Of a stretch of DNA of 64,000 bases, positions 22,820 to 33,575 are shown piece after piece; position 1 is the first letter of the stretch; each line of letters starts with the position of its first letter. The notes beneath the pieces are model-generated. The model saw only the letters and a program-made list of their open reading frames with translations. It was not told the DNA's origin and made no database searches. The position numbers were made by a program, and so were the translations under genes. The stretch comes from Calditrichia bacterium (GTDB lineage: Bacteria > Calditrichota > Calditrichia > JAJRVZ01). The stretch lies in assembly GCA_963796965.1 (NCBI GenBank), contig CAWCNS010000009.1:512001-576000 (forward strand). The letters run 5' to 3'.

Positions 22820-23203
22820 TTAGAACGATTTTATCCATTCAATAGCCATGTCAAGATTGCGAAAGACATTTATTTCGGCTTGATTTGAAGCCTCCATTTC
22901 CTGCTCATACATCCGTGCTAAACCAAAATCCACTTTTTCTGAAACAACAATGGCTGTTTTTATTTTACCCAGTTTGTTCCTTTTCCAGGTTACATAGGCT
23001 ACAATTTTTTCTAACTGTTCAAGAGAGATGTTTTGAATGTGCTTAACATTGGTAAAGTCCCATACAGAACTTAGGTGAGGATTAAATTTGCGATTATTAT
23101 ATATGTCAACAATCGATTGAAAAAGATAATCAAAGTTAAAATCACCAGAGAGTGAGTGTATTCGTAAATTTTGTTTATCTATCTTCAGTACTTCAATTTT
23201 CAT
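22820..23203 (-). CDS. SpoIIAA/STAS-SEC14-like small protein (paralog of 31938..32315)
   Basis: RIHSLSGDF, SVWDFT, KTAIVVSEKVDFGLARMYE, VFRNLDMAIEWI. Confidence 0.75.
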   Translation of the reverse strand: MKIEVLKIDKQNLRIHSLSGDFNFDYLFQSIVDIYNNRKFNPHLSSVWDFTNVKHIQNISLEQLEKIVAYVTWKRNKLGKIKTAIVVSEKVDFGLARMYEQEMEASNQAEINVFRNLDMAIEWIKSF

Positions 23204-23600
23204 ATAATCCCCATTTTAAATTCCGGTGAAACAGATCCTCTGTAAATCAAACTGAATATGGTTTCCAATATAAGTTCAGTATATCCATATTACAAATTAG
23301 GATCTGTTGTTCATTTAAAATATATCTCCAGCTTTAAATAAAATCTGACAAAACGCACATTTTTCCAGGAATTTTTCCAACACACTCCCAGAAAAAAATA
23401 TGTCAACTTTCAATCTGAACAGATTCTGGATTTATACTACTAAAATAATATAATGTTCAACACCCTATTGTACCCCCGATAACAGTTGTTTTGCTCTGGT
23501 GTGATGTTTATATTCTTAAAAGATTAAAATCCCTATTTCTCCATTATAATTGACTCAATGTGATCACTTTTTTCGATACAAATATTTGAGGAAATCACAA

Positions 23601-24959
23601 ATGAAAGTTCATATTCAAGACTCAAAGTTTAAATCCTCTATTAGCAGACGTCAATTTTTGACTACAACTGCTGTTTCCACAGCAGCGTTCATTATTGTCC
23701 CCCGATATGTTCTTGGCGGGCCAGGGTATAAGGCACCAAGTGATAAACTAAATATTGGATGTGTGGGTGTCGGTGGGATGGGTTATCACGATCTTAAAAA
23801 TGTCAGCTCCGAAAATGTTATCGCTCTTTGTGATGTTGATCAGAAGCGTGCTGCTAAAGCACTTTCTGAATTTCCTTCGACAAGGAAATATCGTGACTAT
23901 CGTGAAATGCTTGAAAAAGAGAAAGATCTTGATGCTGTTACAGTAACAACTCCCGATCATAATCATGCCATCATCGCTATGGCGGCAATTAAAAAAGGCA
24001 AACATACGTATTGTCAAAAGCCACTTACGCATACCATTTATGAAGCAAGGCAACTGGCTCTCGCTGCAAATGAAGCGGGTGTTACGACACAGATGGGGAA
24101 TCAAGGTCATACAGGTGAGGGAATCCGTCTTATAAAGGAATGGATTCAGGCAGATGCAGTCGGAAAAGTGCATGAAGTCCTTTGCTGGACAAACAGGCCT
24201 GACTGGCCGCAAGGCATGGATCGTCCCCAGGAAATACCTGCCATTCCTCCCACTTTAGACTGGGATTTGTGGTTGGGACCAGCACCTGAACGCCCTTATC
24301 ATCCAACCTATTTGCCAGCAGACTGGCGAGCCTGGTGGGATTTTGGCACCGGTGCCCTCGGCGATATGGGTGCCCATATTATGGACGTTCCTTTTTGGGT
24401 CTTGGACCTGGACCACCCTAGTACCGTCCAAGCCAGTTCAACCAAAGTCAATGAAGAAACCTATCCCAAAGCATCTATCGTTCGCTATCATTTTCCAGGA
24501 AATAATGACCGCTCGGGTATTACTCTTAACTGGTATGATGGCGAGATCATGCCTAAAAGACCCCCTGAGCTTGAACCGGGACGACGAATGGGAGATAGCG
24601 ATGGTGGTGTACTTTTTGTTGGGGACAAAGGTAAAATCATGTGCGGTTGCTACGGAAGTAATCCCCGGCTCATACCGGAGAAAAAAATGAAGGCATTTAA
24701 GGTACCTGAAAAAACCATACTTCGTTCGCCGGGAATTCATGCTGAATGGATTCAAGCCTGTAAAGCTGGTTCCCAGGCTACATCAAATTTTGGATATGCG
24801 GGGAAATTAACCGAAACCATGCTCTTAGGTAATCTGGCCATAAAGCTGGCAAATAGGCATAAGGTACTTAAATGGGATGGCCCAAATTTTCGCGTAACCA
24901 ATTTCGAAGAGGCAAATCAATACCTACATACGGAGTATCGTGAAGGTTGGATTTTGTAA
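23601..24959 (+). CDS. Tat-exported Gfo/Idh/MocA oxidoreductase
   Basis: SRRQFL twin-arginine; GCVGVGGMG, TPDHNH, YCQKPL, GALGDMGAH. Confidence 0.92.
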   Translation: MKVHIQDSKFKSSISRRQFLTTTAVSTAAFIIVPRYVLGGPGYKAPSDKLNIGCVGVGGMGYHDLKNVSSENVIALCDVDQKRAAKALSEFPSTRKYRDYREMLEKEKDLDAVTVTTPDHNHAIIAMAAIKKGKHTYCQKPLTHTIYEARQLALAANEAGVTTQMGNQGHTGEGIRLIKEWIQADAVGKVHEVLCWTNRPDWPQGMDRPQEIPAIPPTLDWDLWLGPAPERPYHPTYLPADWRAWWDFGTGALGDMGAHIMDVPFWVLDLDHPSTVQASSTKVNEETYPKASIVRYHFPGNNDRSGITLNWYDGEIMPKRPPELEPGRRMGDSDGGVLFVGDKGKIMCGCYGSNPRLIPEKKMKAFKVPEKTILRSPGIHAEWIQACKAGSQATSNFGYAGKLTETMLLGNLAIKLANRHKVLKWDGPNFRVTNFEEANQYLHTEYREGWIL

Positions 24960-25027
24960 AACCTTAGTTAGCACACTATGTGGTTTTCATCGATTGGCAT
25001 TTTGGATTAGTATTAGTAGGAGATATT

Positions 25028-26089
25028 ATGAAATTAAAACTCACTCTGATTCTTTACCTGTTCTTAAATTTAACAGGGAATGTTGTTTTTTCTGCTGATC
25101 CTGATCGTGGATTCCGTTTTGATGAAAAAGTTGTACTTACTTACTATTATATATGGTTTTCTGAAGAGACTTGGCTAAATGATCCGATCGGTAAATTTAA
25201 AAATGCGACCCCTCTTGTTGGTGCTTATAATTCTTCAGATCCCTGCATTATCGATAAACATCTTGATCAAATGAAGCGGGCAAAGATTGATGCGATAGCC
25301 ACTTCCTGGCAATATGAACCCAGCGGACTTAATAGAAATGATATATTGGACATTGTCTATGCCAAGGCTGTCGAGAAGGGATTGAAAGTGACAGTGGACT
25401 ATGAGCGTGGCCGGTTTCCCGTTGACACATTGATGCGGGATCTGACCTACTTTCTGGAGCGCTATAAAGACCATCCGGCGATGTTGAAGATCGAAGGATT
25501 ACCTGTTGTGATGGTCTGGACAGCTTGGGGTCATACACCGGAAGAATGGCGCGATGTTTTTGACCGGCTGGAAAAAATGGGTCTGCCCTGCTTCCCGATC
25601 ATGTCTGGAAGTTACGAAGATGGAAAGGGTGCCCGTTACCTCAATCCTTTTCGCGCCTTAGAAATCTACACTCTGGTCGATATTGAGGACAACCTGCTGG
25701 CTGATTATATGAAAAACATGCGCCAGTATATCGACAAATATAACGAAGAAACCGGTTTTAAAATCGGCAAACCGGCGCAGCACCATGCAACGATCTGTCC
25801 GGGCTATGATGAGCGTGCCAATCCGGGGCGTCGTTTTGACCACGATGGCTGGCTGGGTGCCGGGTGGAAGGACCGAACTAAATTTGGTGTACATTACCCG
25901 GACGACGCTGAAGGTGCCTATTATCGCGGTACTTTTGAAGCAGCAATGGCTTCAAATCCTGATTGGTTGCACATCTCCACCTTTAACGAATTGGGGGAAA
26001 ACAGTCATATTGAAGCTACGCTTCAACATGGCTATAAGTACATCGATATCACGGCAGAACTGGTTGATATATTTAAAAGCAAAAAATAG
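25028..26089 (+). CDS. Secreted GH99/GH71-like glycoside hydrolase
   Basis: RBS AGGAGA; YYYIWF, PLVGAYNSSDP, PGYDER, ISTFNELGENSHIE. Confidence 0.75.
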   Translation: MKLKLTLILYLFLNLTGNVVFSADPDRGFRFDEKVVLTYYYIWFSEETWLNDPIGKFKNATPLVGAYNSSDPCIIDKHLDQMKRAKIDAIATSWQYEPSGLNRNDILDIVYAKAVEKGLKVTVDYERGRFPVDTLMRDLTYFLERYKDHPAMLKIEGLPVVMVWTAWGHTPEEWRDVFDRLEKMGLPCFPIMSGSYEDGKGARYLNPFRALEIYTLVDIEDNLLADYMKNMRQYIDKYNEETGFKIGKPAQHHATICPGYDERANPGRRFDHDGWLGAGWKDRTKFGVHYPDDAEGAYYRGTFEAAMASNPDWLHISTFNELGENSHIEATLQHGYKYIDITAELVDIFKSKK

Positions 26090-26329
26090 GTCGGATATTA
26101 AGAATTCTGCTTTTGCGAGATTTCATTTAAGCAGACATCATTGGGTATAAGGACGAGTGAGGTAAATTGCATCAGAGGTTCGGAAATCTGTTGGGTTTCG
26201 GTCAGTTGGGGCATCGAATAGTATATTTTTACAATACCCACTTATAATTCTGACCGATCTATAGCCCAGATCGTAATTCAGTGATACACCTCTTACTGAA
26301 TTGTTCTTGAACAGGATCATTTAGATTGG

Positions 26330-27328
26330 TCAACGAATTTTGATTTCTTCTCCCACCTTTAAGGTATCCTCCGTGTCAATAATTTCAAATAGATGGAGCC
26401 GTTCTAATTTCTCACTGTTCGGTTGATGTAAGGCCAATACTAGTTTATCCTCTAGCGTTTTGAAGATCATACCATGTCCACCGTTCTGGGTATATATTGG
26501 CATGTGCTTGGACCAGGGACCTCTTATTCTACCCGACCCCGACGAGGTTACAAACACACAATAACCGTCTCCTGGTATAAAAGTTGACCAAATCATATAC
26601 AATTTGTCTGATTTTGAGCTCTTGTAGAGAAAACAGCCATCCGTCACCTTCCCGCGCTGCGGATCATTTATTGCAGCAGGTGCATCAGATGCCCTGAACA
26701 TTAACTTGGTATCACCAAAGGTATCCGATAAATCATCTTTTAATTGCACATAATCCATTGTCCCATCAATCAACTGAACCCATTCATGGCAAAAGATCAT
26801 GTAGGGAGTTCCCTCTTCAACATATAGCGTTCCATCTAATGCCATCCAGTCATTTGGAGTAAATGAAGTTGATTTGAATGGTTTAAAGGGGCCGTAAGGA
26901 CCCTCCGAATGGAATACATGGGTCCCGCGGATATGCATTTCCGGCCAGGTCTTTTTTTCAACAGGTTTAACCATGGGTAGCTTTTCTTTATAAGTTAGAG
27001 TAACAAAAAGGTAATATTTCCCCTGGTACTCATGCATCTCTGGTGCCCATACACTTTGGATACCCGCAGTCTCGGGTAAAATTAGAACAGGTTTTGGCTG
27101 CTTCCAGCTTCTCAAATCCTTACTGGTGTAAACTTCTACACCAATGAAATCACTGCCACTCCGATTGGCGGTTTGAGCATACATCAAATAGCGGTTATTT
27201 TGTTGATCAGTATAGATAAAGGGGTCGCGGATACGAATGTCCTTGACATTGATGAGTGGATCGAACGCAAATAACCGGGATAATCCAATTATAAATATTA
27301 CAAAAAACAAACCTACTCGAGAAGCCAT
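26330..27328 (-). CDS. GH43 family glycoside hydrolase
   Basis: IRIRDPF, WAPE, LDGTLY, CHEW, VTDG, GGHGMIF. Confidence 0.9.
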   Translation of the reverse strand: MASRVGLFFVIFIIGLSRLFAFDPLINVKDIRIRDPFIYTDQQNNRYLMYAQTANRSGSDFIGVEVYTSKDLRSWKQPKPVLILPETAGIQSVWAPEMHEYQGKYYLFVTLTYKEKLPMVKPVEKKTWPEMHIRGTHVFHSEGPYGPFKPFKSTSFTPNDWMALDGTLYVEEGTPYMIFCHEWVQLIDGTMDYVQLKDDLSDTFGDTKLMFRASDAPAAINDPQRGKVTDGCFLYKSSKSDKLYMIWSTFIPGDGYCVFVTSSGSGRIRGPWSKHMPIYTQNGGHGMIFKTLEDKLVLALHQPNSEKLERLHLFEIIDTEDTLKVGEEIKIR

Positions 27329-27466
27329 TTGGTAACTCCTTATAAGAAAAGAAAATTCTCAATCAGGTAATTGAATATTGGGTCGTGAAATTTTCTAACG
27401 AAACAAATAGTTTATACCATTCAAAATATTAAACAGATCAGCCTTAATAATAACACAAGCCTTGCA

Positions 27467-28183
27467 ATGTCAAAATTAACTGAAAAATGTACCATTTGCC
27501 ACACAGATCTGGTGGGCCTCTATTGCCATATCTGCGGTCAGCAAAATACCGGTAAAAAGATTACATTACATGATACTATCAGTGATTTAATTTCTGGTGT
27601 TTTCTCGCTGGAACATTCCATCTTGGCCACATTTTGGTCAATTATCCGTAACCCGAAATTGATCATCCAAAATTATTGGCTGGGATTCAGGGGCTATTTT
27701 CATTCTCCAGGGAAACTTGCCTTTTATGCGGCATTTATCGTAGGTCTGCATTTTGCTTTTATTGGGAGTGAATTTCTTGGTTTAAATATTCAGTTTACGA
27801 ATATTCCACCTCAAGTTGGATTATTAGTCGTACTATTACCTCTATATAGCCTCACCTCGAAAATATCATTCTTTAAAGAACAGCACAGTTTTCTAGAACA
27901 TGCTACAGCAATGATTTACTTGTTTTCCACCTGGATTGTCGTCTTTATCATTATAGATATAATCCAGCGATTTATTCTTGGTAGTATTATCGATGAAGGG
28001 ATGTTCGTATTATTTATGTTTATATTATTCCTTTGGAACGCCCGCCTACACTCTCCAAATCAGAAAAAAACTTTAGTATTCCTTTACACTGTTTTACAGA
28101 TCATTATGCTCCTGGCTGTAGTGACCATAATCGGTCTGCTTATTTATTTATTCATTCCGGACTCCATGACAATTAGTGAATAA
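27467..28183 (+). CDS. DUF3667 domain membrane protein
   Basis: N-terminal CxxC...YCHICGQ ribbon, G.R..Y..P motif, multiple TM segments with FLEH. Confidence 0.8.
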   Translation: MSKLTEKCTICHTDLVGLYCHICGQQNTGKKITLHDTISDLISGVFSLEHSILATFWSIIRNPKLIIQNYWLGFRGYFHSPGKLAFYAAFIVGLHFAFIGSEFLGLNIQFTNIPPQVGLLVVLLPLYSLTSKISFFKEQHSFLEHATAMIYLFSTWIVVFIIIDIIQRFILGSIIDEGMFVLFMFILFLWNARLHSPNQKKTLVFLYTVLQIIMLLAVVTIIGLLIYLFIPDSMTISE

Positions 28184-28193
28184 TGGTCTGATG

Positions 28194-29273
28194 CTATCTC
28201 TGCACCCGGGCATTTCCTTCCCATATACTCCATATTTGGGCTTCGTCAGCAGGATTAGAATAATCTGTCTCCAGTGTTGTCACCAAGGCGCCATTCGCCC
28301 AGCCAAACTGAATCCACTTTTCGGCCTCCCAATCACGAAGGATAGCGTAAAGCATCCCCCCAACAAAACCATCTCCGCCACCAATACGATCGAGAACGGT
28401 AATAGGACGTGGTTCAACAACATGCCAATTATCCCCTTCGGCCATAATAGCCCCCCACATATGGCTGTTTGTATTGATAACTTCGCGCAGGGTTGTTGCA
28501 AAAACAGATGCATTCGGAAAAACTTTTTTCGTTCTGTCAATCATGCCTTTAAAACCCTCGATCTTAGCTGCCAGATCTTTTCCTCCGGCCTCCGGGCCTT
28601 CTATTCCAAGACAGAGTTGGAAATCTTCCTCATTACCAACCAGAATATCTGAGAGACTGGCGATCTCTTTGAAAATTTTATGTAATTCATCTTCACGATT
28701 CTTCCAGAATGTTGCACGATGATTTAAATCAAATGATATCCTTGTGCCGTATTTTTTCGCTGCCCGCGCAATTTCCAAACAAAACACACCGGTTTCCGGT
28801 GATAGAGCAGCGATTAGCCCCGAAAGATGTACAATCTGTACTCCTTCGGTACCAAATAGCCGATCCAGATCAAAGTCTTTAACATTTAGAGAACGGCCAA
28901 CTTCTCCAGCCCGATCGTTATATACCCTTGGTCCGCGAGAACCCAATCCACTATCAGCAATATTGATCTGATGACGATATCCCCAAGGTCCCCCCTGTTC
29001 AAATGCCGGCCCTTCTACTTCCATATGCCGACTGGCCAGATTATCGCGGATGAAACGTGCGATCGGGCTGTCTTTCACAAACGCTGTCAAAACTTTAACC
29101 GGTAATCCAAGATATGATGCAACACTTGCCACATTTGATTCAGCGCTACTGGTTGTCATTATAAAAGTATTACTGCTGTGCACAGCCTGACCATTTACCG
29201 GTGTAATGCGAATCCCCATGCTTGTGGGTACTATCATTGAATATTTAAAATTCTTTTTAAGATCGATTTTCAT
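28194..29273 (-). CDS. PfkB-family sugar kinase (KdgK-like)
   Basis: AESNVA, SFDLNHR, GNEEDF, DRIGGGDGFVGG. Confidence 0.88.
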   Translation of the reverse strand: MKIDLKKNFKYSMIVPTSMGIRITPVNGQAVHSSNTFIMTTSSAESNVASVASYLGLPVKVLTAFVKDSPIARFIRDNLASRHMEVEGPAFEQGGPWGYRHQINIADSGLGSRGPRVYNDRAGEVGRSLNVKDFDLDRLFGTEGVQIVHLSGLIAALSPETGVFCLEIARAAKKYGTRISFDLNHRATFWKNREDELHKIFKEIASLSDILVGNEEDFQLCLGIEGPEAGGKDLAAKIEGFKGMIDRTKKVFPNASVFATTLREVINTNSHMWGAIMAEGDNWHVVEPRPITVLDRIGGGDGFVGGMLYAILRDWEAEKWIQFGWANGALVTTLETDYSNPADEAQIWSIWEGNARVQR

Positions 29274-29454
29274 ACGTTTTCCTCTCTATATTTATTTCAT
29301 GTGCATTTTATCTGTTTTTTTCGAATCTGAGCGTTATCATTAACTCAGGAAAAATGTAATTAAAGATTCTTATTTTACAAAATTTGTGATTGAATAAAAA
29401 TATGAGGTGAAAAATTATGTAAGTAGGTGTGTTACGACTTTCAAGAATTCTTAA

Positions 29455-29847
29455 TCATTGCAGGTTGGTATTATGGGTCGGATACTGAGGTGTTTCTGTT
29501 TGCTGTGCATAAAAAGTACATAATCGTTTTGGATCAAGCACAACGCAATAATTTGTCATTTCCCCACATATATCTTTGTCGCTATATGGCTTTTCAAGAT
29601 CGACCCATCCTTCAAATATGGGCTTGGGCGCATACTCACTAATCAGGGTATCAATAAGACCACACACGCATTCGCTTGTGGAAGATTTATTGTCCAAATC
29701 CATGGCCAGCTTTTTTCTTTTAATAATCTCCTTCAAAGCAGATGTTAGCATTTTTTTATCACCATGAAAGATCGCTGTCCAGTAATGGCATCCAATCATT
29801 TGTATATTTCCGGCACGTCTGGCATGTAAACAGGAGCGACAGTTCAT
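29455..29847 (-). CDS. Cys-rich hypothetical protein
   Basis: RBS AGGAGGAG; CRSC...GC at the N-terminus, further Cys in ICGE..YC...CTFY. Confidence 0.75.
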   Translation of the reverse strand: MNCRSCLHARRAGNIQMIGCHYWTAIFHGDKKMLTSALKEIIKRKKLAMDLDNKSSTSECVCGLIDTLISEYAPKPIFEGWVDLEKPYSDKDICGEMTNYCVVLDPKRLCTFYAQQTETPQYPTHNTNLQ

Positions 29848-30020
29848 TTCTCCTCCTTGTTTAGAAGAAAACTGACAATTTTATCCACATACGGCTGCTC
29901 GCCGGCTAAAACCACACAAGGTTGTTCACCTGATTCAGTACGACGATCATATTCGGATATTCTATCTACAATCTTACCCTGCGGGTCTAACCACACATAA
30001 CGTGTTACGAATTGATTCAT
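29844..30020 (-). CDS. 58-aa hypothetical protein (not in the ORF track), coupled to the next gene
   Basis: Manual translation MNQFVTRYVWLDPQGKIVDRISEYDRRTESGEQPCVVLAGEQPYVDKIVSFLLNKEEK; ATGA overlap with the start at 29847. Confidence 0.65.
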   Translation of the reverse strand: MNQFVTRYVWLDPQGKIVDRISEYDRRTESGEQPCVVLAGEQPYVDKIVSFLLNKEEK

Positions 30021-30311
30021 GAATGATCCTGGTTATTTTTATAAATATCTTGACTTAGTGACACCTCACTTTTTATACAAAAATCACATGTATATTTTAA
30101 TGTCCAATTATGTTAGTTGAATGGTCAGGTCAATCTGTTGACATTCGAATAACTGTACTATATATTTTCTCTACAAATGCTGGGCTGACAGCAAATGGAC
30201 AAGAATAGACACCTGGTTGAATAATAGCGATCAACACTATTAATATAGGGTGGGCAATTCTTTTTTGCAACAATTTTACACACACTTTTTTTTTAAATAT
30301 TCGAGGATTTC

Positions 30312-31923
30312 ATGACAAGTGACAGGCAAATAGGCGACATTGCCTTTATTGTTAAAAAACTGGAAAAATTATTTGAAGATCATCTAAATAATTTACCTGT
30401 CAACCGCAACAAAGAGCAGACGGCCTTATGCCGAATGCTGTTCAGTCATAATATTCGCTATCTCAGGGTCTATCTGGGATTTATTGCCCGAGGGATTCCC
30501 TATGAGCAGCAGGAATTTGCTGGATTGCTTACTGTATCTATTGCTGGTTTGCGTCGCTGGGAAAATGCAGAAGTTATTCCCAATCAGGCCGGTTTAAAAA
30601 ATGTGGTAACTTTAGCGAATCAACTATTGCATCTTCCTACATCTATTACTTCTGGCCATTTGCTCTATTGCAATCTTGTTACAGAAATTCCACTGTTACG
30701 TCTTGGATCCCATAGTGCTGATTTTCAAAATCTATCCTATGAAGATCGTCGGAAGTTTTCCTCTTTTATGACCAACAATATGGATTTGATGTTAAGTCAT
30801 TTCATGGAAAGAGAATTCCAATCACGCATTAATTTTCATGAGTTAATGGAAAAAGTAAATGTACCTATCTATCTGATTAAAATTGGCACTCAGATTCCAG
30901 CATATATAAATCAAGCAGTGTGTGATCTACAGGGGAGTAGCCGCGAACAACTTTTGAGTACTCCTTTTCACAACATGCTCCATCCGGATGACCTGACCCG
31001 GGTAATGCTTCTCGTAGAACAAAGGAAGAAGGGGGAAATTTCTGATACCCAATACCCCCTTCGCATACGACATGCCTCCGGGAAATATATTGTTGTTAAT
31101 ATCAGAAATCGTCAAGTCGTTATCGATGGGGAAGACTATACCCTCTCAACCTTGCTGGATATAACAAATTTTGTTGAAATGGAAAAGGCTTTGAAATCCA
31201 GTGAGGAAAAACTACTGTACACGTTTGCGGCCATGGAAGATTTGGTTTTTGTTACAGATACAGATGGTATAATTCGCGAGTTTTACCAGGCGGATCATCC
31301 TGATCTCTACGTAAAACCAGATAAATTTCTTAACAAAAGATTTGAGAAAGTATTGCCAGACCCGGTTGCAGAAATATTTAACAAAGCACTGCATCACACC
31401 TTAACGACAAATGAATCCAGAAGTGTTGAATATGAACTTAACATTTCTGGCAAAATCAAAACCTTTAATGCTAAGCTTATCTGTTATAAAAAATAAGGTT
31501 GATGAGAGTTCAGGTGTTGTGGTAGTAGTTCGGGATATTACAGAGAAAATTGATACTGAAAAAGCCCTGAGAGAGAGCGAGGAAAAGTATCGCATGTTAT
31601 TTAAATCGATGTTTGCTGCATATGCTTTACATGAAATCATTACGGATAAAAAAGGAAAACCGATCAATTACCGCTATCTTGATATTAATCCTGCATTTGA
31701 AAAATTAACAGGTCTAAAAGTGAAAGATGTCATTGGCAAAACAGTACTTGAATTGTTTCCTCAAACTGAACCTTACTGGATAGATACCTTTGGTAAGGTG
31801 GCATTAACCGGAAAATCAGCAAAAATGGCAGAATATTCCCACGATTTAAACAAAAAGTTACAGGTTCATGCCCGAAGCCCCAAGAAAGGACAATTTGCTG
31901 CGACATTTATTGAAATTAAATAG
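30312..31923 (+). CDS. XRE-like HTH + three PAS domains; frameshift near 31475
   Basis: NIRYLR...QQEFAGLLTVSIAGLRRWENAEVIP (HTH_3-like); PAS/PAC motifs LHPDD, LDIT, VRDITE, ESEEKYRMLF, INPAFEKLTG. Confidence 0.75.
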
Positions 31924-31937
31924 AATTATTTGCTGAT

Positions 31938-32315
31938 TTATTTTATCCAGGCGAGCGCTTTTTTAATATCCTTAAAGACCATTACTTCGTTATTAGTATC
32001 CTCCTCTAAACTCATTTCATAGATGCGGGCAATACCAAAATGAAGTTTTTCTGCAACCACGAGGGCCGTTTTTATTTTACCATAAAGAGAACGTTGATTT
32101 TTTACAAAAGAAACGATCCATTCGATTTCATCAGGTGAGATCTTTTGAAGACTATTGACCTGACTTAGATCCCAAATTGAATTGAATTCGGGGTTAAATT
32201 CAGGATCCCTATAAACACTCAACAGATTGTTCTTAATAAATTCAAAATCAAATTCACCTGAAAGACTGTGAATTCTGTATTTTTCCCTGGCATATATCTC
32301 ACTTTTAATTTTCAT
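31938..32315 (-). CDS. SpoIIAA/STAS-SEC14-like small protein (paralog of 22820..23203)
   Basis: RIHSLSGEF, SIWDLS, KTALVVAEKLHFGIARIYE, VFKDIKKALAWI. Confidence 0.75.
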   Translation of the reverse strand: MKIKSEIYAREKYRIHSLSGEFDFEFIKNNLLSVYRDPEFNPEFNSIWDLSQVNSLQKISPDEIEWIVSFVKNQRSLYGKIKTALVVAEKLHFGIARIYEMSLEEDTNNEVMVFKDIKKALAWIK

Positions 32316-32632
32316 TGGTTATATTCCTTTGATTTAAAAATCTCAAACTGAATATATTTTAATATAAAAATTATCCGTTAAATTCCAAATTTTCACATAG
32401 GAATGTTCAATCCACACCAATGATTATAATACTTTCAATCCAATAGTCTATTATATTGATATACAACCAAATCACATCAGGAATTCATAAATTATTTCTT
32501 ATAGATATATTAGAGTAAAAAAAGTTTTCGATTTTTAACTTTTTTCCTCTTCATATATGATCTGATCCCTTATTATAAACAAGCAATTTCTGCAAACTAA
32601 TTTTTTCAAACCGGAAAAATATATTTGTTGTC

Positions 32633-32674
32633 TGTAATCTACATCACTTTTTTCTAATTTCCATTTATTATATT
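32633..32674 (+). promoter_or_regulatory. CRP/FNR-family box plus -10 element (class II geometry)
   Basis: TGTAA-N6-TCACT at 32633-32648; TATATT at 32669-32674; box centre about 41 bp before the predicted start. Confidence 0.5.
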
Positions 32675-32679
32675 AATTA

Positions 32680-32759
32680 TGAGAAAGATGATAATCCTCC
32701 CTTTTTCTCACCGACAAACTGAAAAACCCCTCTATATTTAATCTGAGGGGTTTTTCTTA
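32680..32759 (+). ncRNA. Candidate small RNA (hairpin with CCUCCC loop + intrinsic terminator)
   Basis: Stem TGAGAAAGA/TTTTTCTCA with loop TGATAATCCTCCC; terminator GAAAAACCCCTC...GAGGGGTTTTTC that has no upstream sense CDS to terminate. Confidence 0.45.
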
Positions 32760-33154
32760 ATATTTCATTATATCTCACATAACCCGAGTCATAAAAATCC
32801 AAAATCCCTTACCATAGAATAACACGAAAAGATTTAGTCACCAATCTGATACTTTCTTTCATGGTTGTCTTTCTATTCGGTACATAAATTCAAATATTTC
32901 AAGGTCATTATGCTCCTTCATTTCTGTAGCATGAAGTTTTACCTCATTTATTTGAATTGATCATTTCACTGTATAAGTTTATTTCGTCAGGGAATATACA
33001 CTATTAAATCTTTTATTTATTTATAATGTCTTGCCAGAAATCAGAACCAGGCGTTCCACCTCTCACAATCGAACAAAAACCTACTCCCACCTTCCAACAT
33101 TTTATTTCAGGAGCTGTACGTAAAAATAGTTAGAAAAAAGATAAGGAGTATATC

Positions 33155-33496
33155 ATGGAAATTGTTCAGAGAATTACAGGTAATATTGCTGTGATGACAA
33201 TCTCAGGCAAGATGATGGATAATCTTGATACGAGTGGACTTTTCGACCGGATAAAGTATTTGGTTGATCATGATGTCTATCAGGTTATTATCGATCTGCA
33301 AGGGGTAAAATGGATAAACAGCAATGGCGTCGGGGCATTAATGGGATGTCTAAGTTATCTTGAGGGACATAATTGCGATTTGAAGCTTGTCCATATGTCG
33401 CAAAAAATTCGTGATGTATTGGCTGTGATGGATATTCTGCATTATTTTCAGGACTATCATTCCATCAACAGTGCTGTTGTCGCCGGTCCACATTAA
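33155..33496 (+). CDS. STAS-domain anti-sigma factor antagonist
   Basis: RBS AAGGAG; VIIDLQGVKWINSNGVGAL. Confidence 0.85.
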   Translation: MEIVQRITGNIAVMTISGKMMDNLDTSGLFDRIKYLVDHDVYQVIIDLQGVKWINSNGVGALMGCLSYLEGHNCDLKLVHMSQKIRDVLAVMDILHYFQDYHSINSAVVAGPH

Positions 33497-33518
33497 ATTT
33501 TATTTATTGTCTTACAAA

Positions 33519-33556
33519 ACCAAAAAGCAGGTCCTTTTTGTGACCTGCTTTTTGGT
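33519..33556. terminator. Bidirectional terminator between convergent genes
   Basis: ACCAAAAAGCAGGTC...GACCTGCTTTTTGGT. Confidence 0.8.
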
Positions 33557-33575
33557 GAATTTCTCTACAAATTTC

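Noticed and set aside
23601..29273. Polysaccharide utilisation locus
   Set aside because: The sugar-related genes lie in mixed orientations, are interrupted by DUF3667, and have no SusC/SusD or transporter; co-regulation is not supported
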